From Acaryochloris marina MBIC11017 (lineage in GTDB: Bacteria; Cyanobacteriota; Cyanobacteriia; Thermosynechococcales; Thermosynechococcaceae), in contig NC_009925.1 in assembly GCF_000018105.1 (NCBI RefSeq), positions 2,610,001 through 2,642,000 on the forward strand: a stretch of 32,000 nucleotides of DNA. The letters run 5' to 3'. Both the position numbers and the translations under genes were made by a program. The notes under the pieces were generated by a model. The model was not told the origin of the DNA. It saw only the letters and a program-made list of their open reading frames with translations, and ran no database searches. The first letter of the stretch is position 1; each line of letters begins with the position of its first letter. Positions 1 through 9,168 of the stretch are shown here, one piece after another.

Positions 1-1065
1 AAAACCGTTAAGTCCAACCGAGTAGTGGCTCGGGGCAAGATCATTCCTGAATTTGATGTGATCAAATTATCGGTATCGAATGCTGAAGACAGTCGAGTCA
101 ATCGGATTTTGGTCAAAGTCGGCGATCGTGTCCGTGCCAATCAGGTGATTGCGACACTTCAAGGGGCTGATCGGCGGCTCGCCGATCTAAAAGCCGCCCA
201 AACCAACGTTAAGCTCTTACAGGCCCGCTTGATTAAAGCTAAACAAGGGGATGCCAAACCCGGTGGTATTGCTGCCCAGCAAGCCGTTGTGATCCGGTTG
301 GAAACCCAGCTACCCGTTGAGATTAAACAAAAGGAAGCCGAGATTGTCAGTGCCCAAGCCTCCTTGCGAGAGGCCGCACTCACCTATCAACGTCGTCAAC
401 AACTCTTTCAACAGGGCGCGATTAGCAGGGCCGAAGTAGATACTGCTCGTGAGGAATTTGAGACCACGCACGCTACCTTAGCGACCCAAATCGCCTCCTT
501 AGAACAAACGGTCACTACTTTAAAAGCACAAATCCAAGAGGCAAAGGCCCGACTCGCTGAACTTCAGCAGGTTCGACCCATCGACGTTACCATCGCCCAG
601 GCCGAACTGGAACGCGCCTTCATTGAAGTTGAGCAACGGCGGGCCGATTATAACGATACCCAAGTGCGAGCCCCCATTCCTGGCCAAATTCTGCGCATCA
701 ATACCAAGGTGGGAGAGCAGGTGAATACCCAGCTGGGCATTGTCGACCTGGGACGAACCGAGCAAATGTTTGTCCAGGCGGAAGTCTATGAAACGGATGT
801 GAGTAAGGTGCAGAAAGGCCAACGAGCTACGATTCTCAGTGAATATGGTGGATTTGAAGGGGAGATCCAGGGGGTGGTGGATGATGTTGGTCTCCAGATT
901 GACCCTCGGACCTTATCAACCGGAAATAACAACCCAACGACCGACGAAAATGCTCGGGTCGTCAATGTTTCCATTCGCATCGATCCAGACGATAGCCCCA
1001 TTGTCGCTGGCCTGACGAATATGCAAGTCAGAGTCACCATTGACTTACAGGAGAAGGCCGGATGA
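1..1065 (+). CDS. devB: ABC-exporter membrane fusion protein, HlyD/DevB family (5' end lies outside the window)
   Basis: Frame 1 is open from base 1 (KTVKSNRVVARGK...), so the listed GTG at 25 is probably internal. The centre is a long Ala/Gln/Glu-rich coiled coil and the C-terminus looks like a beta-barrel. An ATGA stop/start overlap at 1062-1065 joins it to the next gene, and DevC- and DevA-type genes follow. Confidence 0.8.
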   Translation, partial: KTVKSNRVVARGKIIPEFDVIKLSVSNAEDSRVNRILVKVGDRVRANQVIATLQGADRRLADLKAAQTNVKLLQARLIKAKQGDAKPGGIAAQQAVVIRLETQLPVEIKQKEAEIVSAQASLREAALTYQRRQQLFQQGAISRAEVDTAREEFETTHATLATQIASLEQTVTTLKAQIQEAKARLAELQQVRPIDVTIAQAELERAFIEVEQRRADYNDTQVRAPIPGQILRINTKVGEQVNTQLGIVDLGRTEQMFVQAEVYETDVSKVQKGQRATILSEYGGFEGEIQGVVDDVGLQIDPRTLSTGNNNPTTDENARVVNVSIRIDPDDSPIVAGLTNMQVRVTIDLQEKAG

Positions 1066-2315
1066 AATGGGGCCGCCTGCGCAATTTAACGGCTGAACGC
1101 CCCTTAGCTTGGGCGCAGCTATCTCATCAAAAGGCACGTTTAGCTGTTGCCCTGACGGGGGTAGCTTTCGCCAATATCTTGATGTTTGCCCAGCTGGGGA
1201 TTCGGGCAGTGCTGTTTGATGGCATTACCTTAATTCATGAGAATCTCCAGGGTGAGCTGTTCCTGATATCGTCTTACTCTCGGGCCTTAGGATTTCAGGC
1301 CTTTGCACGGATTTACCTATATCAAGCAAATTCTGTTCCGGGGGTTGCTTCAGCGAGGCCTCTCTATATTTTGGGGCGGGTGGACTGGATCAATCCGGAG
1401 CAACTCCCCGATGAGCATCCGATTCCACCGGAGTTACTGTCTCCTCCAGGGCAAGGCGAGTCGGCAGATAAAGAGATTCAAATTTTTCCAGATCGGGTTA
1501 AAATCTTAGCCTTTAACCTCTCTCAGCCTGCTTTTACCCTACCCGAAATCAATCAGCAACTGGACAAGTTGAAGGAACCCGATTCGATTCTCTTTGACCG
1601 GCTGTCTCAGGATGGGTTGGGACCGATTTCCGATTTAATTACGCAGAAACCCCAGTTAACAACGGTGATGGGAAATCGCCGCACTCAAATTGCTGGATTA
1701 TTTACCTTAGGGAGCACGCTGTTCACCAAAGGGCATGTAATTATGAGTGACTTGAACTATGCCGCCCGCAATGGCCCCGAGAGTTTAGAGAATGTCAGTG
1801 TGGGATTGGTGAGTTTGGATGCAGGTGCTGACCCCCTGCAAGTTAAAGCGCAAATCCAACAAGCCTTACCGCCTTCTATCCAGGTGTTAACTCGAGAAGA
1901 ACTGATCCAAAAAGAAGTGGCGTTCTGGGAAACGGATCCGAGTGGCACGGTCCTTAATTTTGGGGCGATGATGGGGTTTGTGGTGGGGGTGATTGTGGTG
2001 TATCAGGTCCTATACTCGGATGTGCTGGAACATCTACCCGAATATGCCACCTTGAAGGCGATGGGGTTTGCAGATAATGCTCTGCTGCGGGTTGTTCTGC
2101 AGGAAGCCATGATTTTAGCGGTGTTGGGTTTTGTGCCTGGGTGCGTGGCCTCTGTCGGGGTCTATAGCCTGCTCAGTTCTCTAACCAAAATCCCCTTGAG
2201 TTTGCGACCCGATGTGATGGCCCAGGTGTTTATCTTAACGATTGTTATGTGTATGGGAGCGGGTGGAATTGCAACTCAGAAGCTACGCCAAGCCGACCCT
2301 GCGGATGTATTTTAA
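1062..2315 (+). CDS. devC: ABC-exporter permease, DevC / FtsX-like family
   Basis: 417 aa with an N-terminal TM helix, a large extracytoplasmic domain and a C-terminal FtsX-type TM bundle (GAMMGFVVGVIVVYQVLYSDV...LKAMGF...). It sits between the membrane fusion protein and ATPase genes. Confidence 0.8.
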   Translation: MKWGRLRNLTAERPLAWAQLSHQKARLAVALTGVAFANILMFAQLGIRAVLFDGITLIHENLQGELFLISSYSRALGFQAFARIYLYQANSVPGVASARPLYILGRVDWINPEQLPDEHPIPPELLSPPGQGESADKEIQIFPDRVKILAFNLSQPAFTLPEINQQLDKLKEPDSILFDRLSQDGLGPISDLITQKPQLTTVMGNRRTQIAGLFTLGSTLFTKGHVIMSDLNYAARNGPESLENVSVGLVSLDAGADPLQVKAQIQQALPPSIQVLTREELIQKEVAFWETDPSGTVLNFGAMMGFVVGVIVVYQVLYSDVLEHLPEYATLKAMGFADNALLRVVLQEAMILAVLGFVPGCVASVGVYSLLSSLTKIPLSLRPDVMAQVFILTIVMCMGAGGIATQKLRQADPADVF

Positions 2316-2318
2316 CCG

Positions 2319-2999
2319 ATGGAACCTGTTGTTTCGATCCGTCATCTGAATCATGCCTTTGGCAAAGGGCAGTTACGGAAGCCTGTGCTGAAGGATATTA
2401 GTCTGGATCTCAATCCCGGTGAAATTGTGATTCTGATGGGGCCGTCGGGAAGTGGAAAAACGACGTTATTGACGCTGATCGGGGCGTTGAGATCGCAACA
2501 GGAAGGCAGCCTTAAATTCCTGGACCAAGAACTCCTGGGTGCCCCTAAGAAAAAGCTGGTCAAGCTCCGCCAGCAAATTGGTTTTATTTTCCAGTCTCAT
2601 AATTTGCTGGACTGTCTAACGGCCCAAGAGAATGTGCGCATGTCTCTGAAGCTGCATAAGCACTTGACGTTGGAGGAACGGACTAGGCGTGCGATCGCAA
2701 TCCTCGAATCCGTCGGTTTAGGCGAACATATCAATTACTATCCAGCCAATCTATCGGGGGGACAAAAGCAAAGAGTCGCCATTGCTCGTGCCCTCGTCAG
2801 CTACCCCAAACTGGTCCTCGCCGATGAACCCACTGCTGCCCTCGATAGCAAAACGGGTCGGGATGCAGTTGAAATTATGCGAAAACTGGCTCAAGAAGAA
2901 GGCTGTACAGTAATGTTAGTAACGCACGACAATCGGATTCTGGATATGGCTGATCGGATTCTGCAAATGGAAGATGGTCAGCTATTGCCTTCCGACTAA
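2319..2999 (+). CDS. devA: ABC transporter ATP-binding protein, DevA type
   Basis: Walker A GPSGSGKTT, ABC signature LSGGQKQR, Walker B LVLADEPT, H-loop VTHD. Confidence 0.9.
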   Translation: MEPVVSIRHLNHAFGKGQLRKPVLKDISLDLNPGEIVILMGPSGSGKTTLLTLIGALRSQQEGSLKFLDQELLGAPKKKLVKLRQQIGFIFQSHNLLDCLTAQENVRMSLKLHKHLTLEERTRRAIAILESVGLGEHINYYPANLSGGQKQRVAIARALVSYPKLVLADEPTAALDSKTGRDAVEIMRKLAQEEGCTVMLVTHDNRILDMADRILQMEDGQLLPSD

Positions 3000-3218
3000 G
3001 GCCCATTTTTGTATTTTATGAATAACGATGGACTATTGAACCTGATAGTCTGTCTGCAACCTTTACATCCCACTCAGCAACATTCACTCCAGTAGGCTCA
3101 CTTCCTCAATGGTTTTCTAGAACGGATCCCCCTTACCTAACTGCACAATTTCTTCATTCGATATCATGCCCATGAATCCTATACTTTGACCTAAGTTAGT
3201 CAGTATTTGGAGGAAAGC

Positions 3219-4373
3219 ATGCTTGATAAAGAACCAGAGACTAGCGGTAAGCCATCCTCCAAAGAGCCTTGGCTAGCAGTTAATTGGTCGATGATTTTAC
3301 CGGGATTAGGACATCTTTATGTTGGCAAACCCTTACAAGGGTGGGGCATCATTTTTGCTTACTTAGCTTTATTTTTACTGTCCCTTTTCTCAGTCATTAC
3401 GGCTCAAGAGACTGGACTGATCGGGTTTGTTGCTATAGTCCTATTCCTATTATTGGGGTTTGGAAGTTGGGTCGGTGCCTATCGAGCTGCAATTTACACC
3501 AACGATTCAGCATTTGAAAATCATCGAACAACGCTCAAAGATCCCTGGCTTGCCGTGTTCCTAAGTCGTTTTATATTAGGAGCTGGCCATCTTTATATGG
3601 GGAAATGGATTTTAGGCTCAATTCTAATTGTGGCTGAAATTCTAACTTGGATTTATGCTCCGGCGCTAGTCTTCCTGGGGCTGTGGTTTGTTTTACCCTT
3701 TGTCGCTAACCATGCTTATCAAGCTGCCTCAGATCAACGAAAAAACAGCAAAAATATCATATTAAAATTATTTCTGCTGCTGTTTATTGCCCCGATCGGG
3801 CTATCTATCACGTTGGGCCTCGCTATTCGCTCATTGATTGTAGAAGCTCGATATATTCCATCTGGAGGAATGGAGCCAACTCTACAGATTAATGATCGTA
3901 TCGTTATAGATAAAGTCAGTTATGTATTTCGAACCCCAAAACGAGGAGAAATTATTCTTTTTGAACCCACACAGGCATTAAAACGAGGTGGCTTTGAGAA
4001 TGCTTTTTTAAAGCGGATTATTGGCCTCCCTGGTGATAAGGTCGAGATTAAACAGAATGTTATATGGATTAATAATCAACCCTTGCAAGAACCCTACACA
4101 ATGTCGGGCACCACTGAGAGTCCAAGCCCCGACATATGCCGTTCCAATTATGTAACGATGGACGTCGAGAGCAAGCCCATTGATCCGCCTATTCCCATCT
4201 ATTTATCCCAACCTCAAACGATCCCTCCCGGTCATTATTTAGTATTAGGAGACCACCGAGAACTGAGTCTCGATAGTCGGTGCTGGGGGCTGGTTAAACG
4301 GAGTGAAATTATTGGCCAAGCAACCAAAAGATTTTTCCCGTTTAACCGTATGGGTCGTTTAGATAAAAAGTAG
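3219..4373 (+). CDS. Signal peptidase I (S26) paralogue with an N-terminal polytopic membrane extension; Gly occupies the nucleophile position
   Basis: SPase I boxes are present: IPSGGMEPTL, RGEIILFEP, FLKRIIGLPGDKVEI and GDHRELSLDSRCWGLV. The ATG at 3219 lies 5 nt after GGAGGA; the ORF-track start at 3207 is TTG. The N-terminal ~200 aa contain two repeats of a WLAV..S.ILPG(L/A)GHLY(V/M)GK membrane unit. Confidence 0.8.
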   Translation: MLDKEPETSGKPSSKEPWLAVNWSMILPGLGHLYVGKPLQGWGIIFAYLALFLLSLFSVITAQETGLIGFVAIVLFLLLGFGSWVGAYRAAIYTNDSAFENHRTTLKDPWLAVFLSRFILGAGHLYMGKWILGSILIVAEILTWIYAPALVFLGLWFVLPFVANHAYQAASDQRKNSKNIILKLFLLLFIAPIGLSITLGLAIRSLIVEARYIPSGGMEPTLQINDRIVIDKVSYVFRTPKRGEIILFEPTQALKRGGFENAFLKRIIGLPGDKVEIKQNVIWINNQPLQEPYTMSGTTESPSPDICRSNYVTMDVESKPIDPPIPIYLSQPQTIPPGHYLVLGDHRELSLDSRCWGLVKRSEIIGQATKRFFPFNRMGRLDKK

Positions 4374-4495
4374 GTGCTATCGATAGGTTTTGACGATTTT
4401 CTGAAGCAGATTCTCATCATCTCCATTGTCATACGCTTCCAGATCTTTATTGCCAGACATCTCGATCTGGAAGAGCAACATATACTTCCCTTAAC

Positions 4496-4652
4496 CACCT
4501 AACGCCAATAGGGCTCTTGCTCGGGTGTCGAAATTAGGATCTATCGCTAGCGCCTTTTGGGCATAGACCTTGGCTTGAGCCTTATTGCCTAGGGACGCTT
4601 CTACTAAACTGGCTCGATAGAACAGGCTAGCATCTTGTATACCGAGTGCGAT
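4496..4652 (-). pseudogene. Duplicated 3'-terminal fragment (about 52 codons plus stop) of the TPR gene at 5494-6858
   Basis: 4496-4652 aligns base for base with 5499-5655 at an offset of 1003 bp, with roughly 8 mismatches. The minus-strand frame is kept (...ALLALGG*), but there is no start codon or upstream coding sequence. Confidence 0.75.
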
Positions 4653-4658
4653 GATCGC

Positions 4659-5057
4659 TTAGATAAAAAGTCCTGCATCAACGCCAAAGTAATCAGCCAA
4701 AGATTTAGCTTGAGCGATACTAATACCTCGCTTACCGTTCACCACTTCAGACACAACCCCTCGCGATCCAATAACACCCACCAAATCCTCTTGAATACAT
4801 CCTTTGGCCTCCATCAAGTGCAGCAAAACTTCACGAGGGCTACTGACAAGAATCGGATAAGCGCTATCTTCATACTTTTCAATCAGCATCACCAGTAGAT
4901 CAAGCAGCGCTTCCTGTTCTGAGGTTTGATTCGGGAGATGTTCTAACTTTTGTGCAAGTGCGATGGCAGCTTCGTTTTCCCGTTCAGAAGCAATAACCTT
5001 TGGACGATACTCCGCCAACAATTGGCTGTAGATATCCACATTAAAAGTAAGGGACAT
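4659..5057 (-). CDS. HTH (XRE-type) protein resembling HigA/COG5499-type antitoxins; no partner toxin present
   Basis: There is a C-terminal HTH (GVIGSRGVVSEVVNGKRGISIAQAKSLADYFGV) and a helical N-terminal extension typical of this antitoxin class. No RelE/HigB-like ORF lies upstream on the minus strand. Confidence 0.6.
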   Translation of the reverse strand: MSLTFNVDIYSQLLAEYRPKVIASERENEAAIALAQKLEHLPNQTSEQEALLDLLVMLIEKYEDSAYPILVSSPREVLLHLMEAKGCIQEDLVGVIGSRGVVSEVVNGKRGISIAQAKSLADYFGVDAGLFI

Positions 5058-5132
5058 TTTTCTAGAGGTCTATATCGTTATCAGCGTGAGTCAGAATATA
5101 TTTGCAATCACCATCATGACATCAACAACTCT

Positions 5133-5468
5133 ATGGCAACAGTTTGCCTCGAAACTGACTCCAACAACTCTGACTGGCTGGATATTGAGTGTATCTATCC
5201 CTTCAATTGGGAGATATTCACTGATGCGGATTGGGCAACGTTGAATACTATTTATACCAAGTTGCCAGACTATCAAAGCATCACCCAGAATTCAGAAGAC
5301 TCACTACCTAGGTGGTTCTCTAGAATTGATAATCCTAAACAAGGATTTCTTTGGGCCAGTGTGGAACCGCCAGGTCTACAAGTTGTAGGGACGCTACCAA
5401 AAGATACCTGGCAAGCTTGGGATGAACAGTTGCGTGCTGAGATTGCGATACTTCCATTTCGAACTTAA
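5133..5468 (+). CDS. Hypothetical protein (about 111 aa)
   Basis: The frame is open and Trp-rich with a non-repetitive composition (WLDIECIYPFNWEIFTDADW...). I chose the ATG at 5133 because the longer ORF-track version overlaps the HTH gene. I recognise no family. Confidence 0.4.
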   Translation: MATVCLETDSNNSDWLDIECIYPFNWEIFTDADWATLNTIYTKLPDYQSITQNSEDSLPRWFSRIDNPKQGFLWASVEPPGLQVVGTLPKDTWQAWDEQLRAEIAILPFRT

Positions 5469-5493
5469 GTCGTCAGACTTCAGCCCCTCAGAA

Positions 5494-6858
5494 CTACCCA
5501 CCTAAAGCCAATAGGGCTCTTGCTCGGGTATCGAAATTGGGATCTATCGCTAGCGCCTTTTGGACATAGACCTTGGCTTGGGCTTTATTGCCTAGGGACG
5601 CTTCTACTAAACTGGCTCGATAGAACAGGCTGGCATCTTGTATGCCGAGTGCGATCGCATCTTGCAACACACTCTGAGCCTCACCATATCGGTTCAGCCG
5701 CGACAGCGCCCAAGCCAAAGTCTTCAGAGTTTCAGGATCCTGGCGAAGATTGGCTTCTGCCTGCATCAGGGTCAACGCTTCCGGTAAATCCGCTTGGTGA
5801 CCTCTCGCCAACAGTAACTTTGCCAAGTCCCGGCGATGACCGAAATGATCGAGATCCTGGTGATCGCGAAACTCATGTTCGGCTTCATCCCAGAGTTGAC
5901 TGGCTTCGGTCAGTTTTCCTTCTAGAACCTTCAATTGGGCTAGTCCCTGCAAAGCCACATGATCTAGTCCATGGGAAGATTCTGGATGCTGAAGTAGTTG
6001 TTGATAGAGGGTTTCGGCAGCGCCGTAATTACCTTGACGGGTTTCCAGTTCTGCCAGTTTGACCCGGGCAAAGGAAGAATGGGGCTGTAGCTGTAGGGCT
6101 TCTTGATAGTACTGTTTCGCTAGAGGCAGTTGGCCCCGATGGGCATAATAACGGCCTAGCAATGTTCGCGCCCAGGCTGATTGAGACAATTGATCGGGTT
6201 GTTCCAGGGCCAGCGCCTGCTGGAAATCTTGAAGGGCAGCTTGATCTTCACCCTGAGCCACGAGCACCAAGGCCCGAAGGGTATGGCTGACCAAGGTTGG
6301 AGCCTGCTCCACTAACTGATCGGCCACTGGTTGGGCCTGATCAAGCTGCCCCTGGGCTAGCTTGCTGGTCACAACAATTGAGAGGGCTTGTTGATTTGTG
6401 GGATTCTCCTGCAGAACTGTCTCAGCAAACTGTAGGGCTTCCGCAAACTGATGCTCCGCCTGAGCCACTTTTGCCAGGGCAAGCTGAGCTTCAGGGTTAT
6501 TGAAGGGTAAGTTGGCCAAAGACTGACGGGCGGTTTCTTCTGCCTCGTGATACCAGTGGGTGTTGCCAGTAGAGGAGGCGAGTTGCAGATAAAGGGTCGC
6601 TAGAGAGGCACGGTCTAAGCCATCTGTGGGATTGGCCTGAATTCGATTTTGGTAGAAGACAATCTCCCGTTGCAGGGCATCCGTTACCGAATGTTCGACC
6701 GCATGGGAATGGGATTCTCTCGTATGGGAATGAGTTTCCCCCCCATGGGAATGGGCTCGGGCTGGCTGCCCCAGGTCAACGCTAATTCCCAGCACTAGGG
6801 TAAGCGTCACGCCTGAGAGCAAAGAGGTGCGGGGCCATTTCCAGATATTCAAAATCAT
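5494..6858 (-). CDS. Secreted tetratricopeptide-repeat protein with a His-rich N-terminal segment
   Basis: It has a signal-peptide-like N-terminus (LLSGVTLTLVLGISV...ARA), then HSHGGETHSHTRESHSHAVEHS, then about 10 TPR-like Ala/Leu/Gln-rich repeats. Confidence 0.8.
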   Translation of the reverse strand: MILNIWKWPRTSLLSGVTLTLVLGISVDLGQPARAHSHGGETHSHTRESHSHAVEHSVTDALQREIVFYQNRIQANPTDGLDRASLATLYLQLASSTGNTHWYHEAEETARQSLANLPFNNPEAQLALAKVAQAEHQFAEALQFAETVLQENPTNQQALSIVVTSKLAQGQLDQAQPVADQLVEQAPTLVSHTLRALVLVAQGEDQAALQDFQQALALEQPDQLSQSAWARTLLGRYYAHRGQLPLAKQYYQEALQLQPHSSFARVKLAELETRQGNYGAAETLYQQLLQHPESSHGLDHVALQGLAQLKVLEGKLTEASQLWDEAEHEFRDHQDLDHFGHRRDLAKLLLARGHQADLPEALTLMQAEANLRQDPETLKTLAWALSRLNRYGEAQSVLQDAIALGIQDASLFYRASLVEASLGNKAQAKVYVQKALAIDPNFDTRARALLALGG

Positions 6859-6967
6859 TGCAAAACCTCATGGTGGATTAGTAAAGCTTTCATCCTCTGC
6901 AAGCCAGGGCAGGGAAATCCGCAAAGGATGAAAGCAAGCGGCTTTAGAACAGTTCGAACAGGGAGAC

Positions 6968-8218
6968 TTAGTTGGGTAGAGCTAGGTAAGGAAACTGGGT
7001 TTGGAGTGGACTGTGGCCCTGAGAGGGATTGCCAGGAGTGCCCTCATAGGAAACGTTATCCGTGGTGATCGCCCCGTTGGTGAGAACGCTCAGGGTAATA
7101 TCCACCACATCGTCTTTAAGCAAGCGACCGCGAATGGGGCTGCCTTTGCTATTCAGGGCATTACCATAACCACTGGTATCCGTGGTATCAATTCGCATCA
7201 CGTCGGGCAAGAAGGCTTGCAATAAGGTATTGGTGCGCTGGTCATCGTTGCCAATGGCTTTGAGGGTTTGAGCGGCTTCATTGACAATGGGGCCAGCAAC
7301 TTTAGCGGCAGGCTTTTGACCAGCCAGAGCAGCGGCTTCAAAGTCAGGACCGACACTATTGAGGGCATTGAGGAAATCATTGGAAACAATTAACCCTTCG
7401 TTGACTGCCGGACGGGCTAAGCGTTCTACTTGTCGGTATTTACCACCTTTGCCCCGGACGGAGATGGTTTGCCAAACGTCAAAGGTCGTGGCACCCGACT
7501 GATTCTGGAGGAATTTGATGGGAACACGAACTGCGATCGCATTGACGTTATAGCCCGTTGTAAAGTCTACGGCTTTGTCAGGGTCCCGGAAGCCCACGGC
7601 AGGTCCTTTGCCTAATGCCCCGGCTCGGACTCGAAAAAACTGCTCCACATCGAAGAAGAAGGGATCTTCTCGGAGTCCAGCAAATACGAAGAGGGTCTGG
7701 CCGCCCATGGGCACTTGGGTGGTTTTGGGGTCACTATTGAGGGGAGTCGTGATCGCTTTGCCCACATGACTACTGCCATCGCGAATCGTCGTAATTTTGA
7801 CGGTCTGAGTCTGATTTGGCTTGGGTTGACTAAATTCAAATCGCAACGTCACATCCGGCTTACCCGTGGGGGTGGCGTCGTTATCGGGGGTGCGAGCAAT
7901 ATGAAATTCGTAGCGGGCCTTGTTATTGAAATAGTATTGCTGCCGTGCCACCGACCGAGGATTGGTATTCATAATCAACACCAAGTCATCGGTAGAGGCG
8001 TTGGGATTTTGATCGCCTTCGCGGAACACATATAAGTCCGTCAGGTTGAGATTGCGGCTCTTGGTATTGGTTTCACCATCATCATGATCCGAAGCCAAGG
8101 TAGCGGGGGCAATGCTGCCCAACGAGAGGCCAAGTCCTAAAACCACGCCACTCAATTTCAACAAAGATTTAGCAGAGAATCGGCGGGTGGCCTGATTTTG
8201 ACGGGGGTTCGATAGCAT
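6968..8218 (-). CDS. Secreted DUF4331-like protein
   Basis: I placed the start at the internal Met of MLSNPRQNQATRRFSAKSLLKLSGVVLGLGLSLGSIAPATLA, which gives a signal peptide. The mature N-terminus SDHDDGE...LTDLYVF resembles the DUF4331 signature as I recall it (S-H-R-E-A-P...D.TD.Y.F). The coordinate 8218 is derived from the ORF-track frame and may be off by 1 nt. Confidence 0.65.
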   Translation of the reverse strand: MLSNPRQNQATRRFSAKSLLKLSGVVLGLGLSLGSIAPATLASDHDDGETNTKSRNLNLTDLYVFREGDQNPNASTDDLVLIMNTNPRSVARQQYYFNNKARYEFHIARTPDNDATPTGKPDVTLRFEFSQPKPNQTQTVKITTIRDGSSHVGKAITTPLNSDPKTTQVPMGGQTLFVFAGLREDPFFFDVEQFFRVRAGALGKGPAVGFRDPDKAVDFTTGYNVNAIAVRVPIKFLQNQSGATTFDVWQTISVRGKGGKYRQVERLARPAVNEGLIVSNDFLNALNSVGPDFEAAALAGQKPAAKVAGPIVNEAAQTLKAIGNDDQRTNTLLQAFLPDVMRIDTTDTSGYGNALNSKGSPIRGRLLKDDVVDITLSVLTNGAITTDNVSYEGTPGNPSQGHSPLQTQFPYLALPN

Positions 8219-8429
8219 GTCTATCTCCTGCGAGTACATCAATGCGTTGACAGCAACCAGAAAAGGCTGCAAATTGACTGATAATGGGCAGCAGAAGCTT
8301 GTCCGCCCTCGGGCAGACTTCGCCGTCAACTTCCTTTCATTCAGCAATCTGTAGGGGTATACGCTAGGGGTTGGTGATTGGATCTGTTTCTCGAAAAATT
8401 TGTTGGAATCACGTGAGTTTAAATCGGGA

Positions 8430-8996
8430 ATGACTGTCCAAAACACCAGTGAGGACTTGGTTTTAATCCACCAAGTGGCTGAACAGAATCAAGCCGCACT
8501 ATCGATGTTGTATGACCGATATGCAGGCATCATTTATGCGATCGCATACAAAATGCTGGGGTCCGTCGAAGAAGCCGAAGAAGTGGTCTTGGATGTATTC
8601 GATCAAGTCTGGCGCACCGCCGCTAAATATGATCGCAGTCGCAGTCGAGTCGATTCTTGGCTATTTATGCAGGCCCGCAGCCGCACCTTAGATCGCCTTC
8701 GCAAACGGCAGCGCCAAGCCAAGGTCGTCGAAGCTTCTACGGTAAACGCGCCCATCGAGTCCGATACCAAAATGGCCCTGCCTGAAGAACATGCCCTGAT
8801 TCAAGAACGGCGCGATCTTGTCCAAGTCGCCATGGCCCAAATTCCACCGGAACAACAGCAGGTGATTGAGCTGGCCTATTTTCAAGGGTTATCCCAATCA
8901 GAAATTGCCAAGCAAACTGGCCTGTCCCTCGGCACCGTCAAAACCCGAATTCGGTTGGGTTTAAGTAAGTTGCGAGGCATTCTTGATCAATCTTGA
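8430..8996 (+). CDS. ECF-type RNA polymerase sigma-70 family factor
   Basis: Region 2 is LYDRYAGIIYAIAYKMLGSVEEAEEVVLDVFDQVW and region 4 HTH is LAYFQGLSQSEIAKQTGLSLGTVKTRIRLGLSKLR. The ATG is at 8430; the ORF-track start at 8400 is TTG. Confidence 0.88.
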   Translation: MTVQNTSEDLVLIHQVAEQNQAALSMLYDRYAGIIYAIAYKMLGSVEEAEEVVLDVFDQVWRTAAKYDRSRSRVDSWLFMQARSRTLDRLRKRQRQAKVVEASTVNAPIESDTKMALPEEHALIQERRDLVQVAMAQIPPEQQQVIELAYFQGLSQSEIAKQTGLSLGTVKTRIRLGLSKLRGILDQS

Positions 8997-9168
8997 GGAG
9001 TAAAAAAATGCGAGAAATCTGCCCATAGACAGATCCAAAGTCATTTTGAGGACGTAATACTGGTATAGGCTTTTTCATCAACTCATCTCAGCATAACCAG
9101 GGTCAGAGATCAGCCTGCTTCAGTCCTCCTATTCAACATCCCCATAACCCACAGGCTAAGATGTAGCT

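Noticed and set aside
159-1040. Minus-strand ORFs 159-383, 520-822 and 786-1040 inside the devB-like gene.
   Set aside because: They are antisense shadows of a well-supported gene. Their composition is low-complexity and Ser/Ala/Leu/Arg-rich, and they carry no motifs.
4235-4498. An 87-aa minus-strand ORF, and a 34-aa ORF at about 4377-4478, between the lepB paralogue and the duplicated TPR fragment.
   Set aside because: The first mostly overlaps the 3' end of the peptidase gene in antisense. The second is too short and featureless to support.
4359-4670. The 13-nt repeat TTAGATAAAAAGT at the 3' end of the peptidase gene (about 4359) and at the 3' end of the HTH gene (about 4658).
   Set aside because: Several 13-mer coincidences are expected in 32 kb. 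I found no extended similarity around either copy.
5520-6503. Plus-strand ORFs 5520-6062 and 6297-6503.
   Set aside because: They lie fully antisense to the TPR gene. They are Pro/Arg/Leu-rich products typical of the reverse frame of Ala/Gln/Leu-rich coding sequence.
7001-8035. Several 60-106-aa ORFs on both strands within 7001-8035.
   Set aside because: All are embedded in the DUF4331-like gene, which has a coherent secreted-protein sequence. None has an independent signal.
8402-8412. A GGAAT motif that could be the -35 element of an autoregulated ECF promoter.
   Set aside because: It lies only about 20 nt from the sigma ATG, I saw no matching -10 (CGT) element, and I cannot assign the ECF group without a search.
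8219-8446. The N-terminal 76-aa extension of the DUF4331 ORF (GTG start at 8446).
   Set aside because: The extension would overlap the divergent sigma-factor start and precede an obvious signal peptide that begins at the internal Met. This stretch is more likely the shared promoter region.
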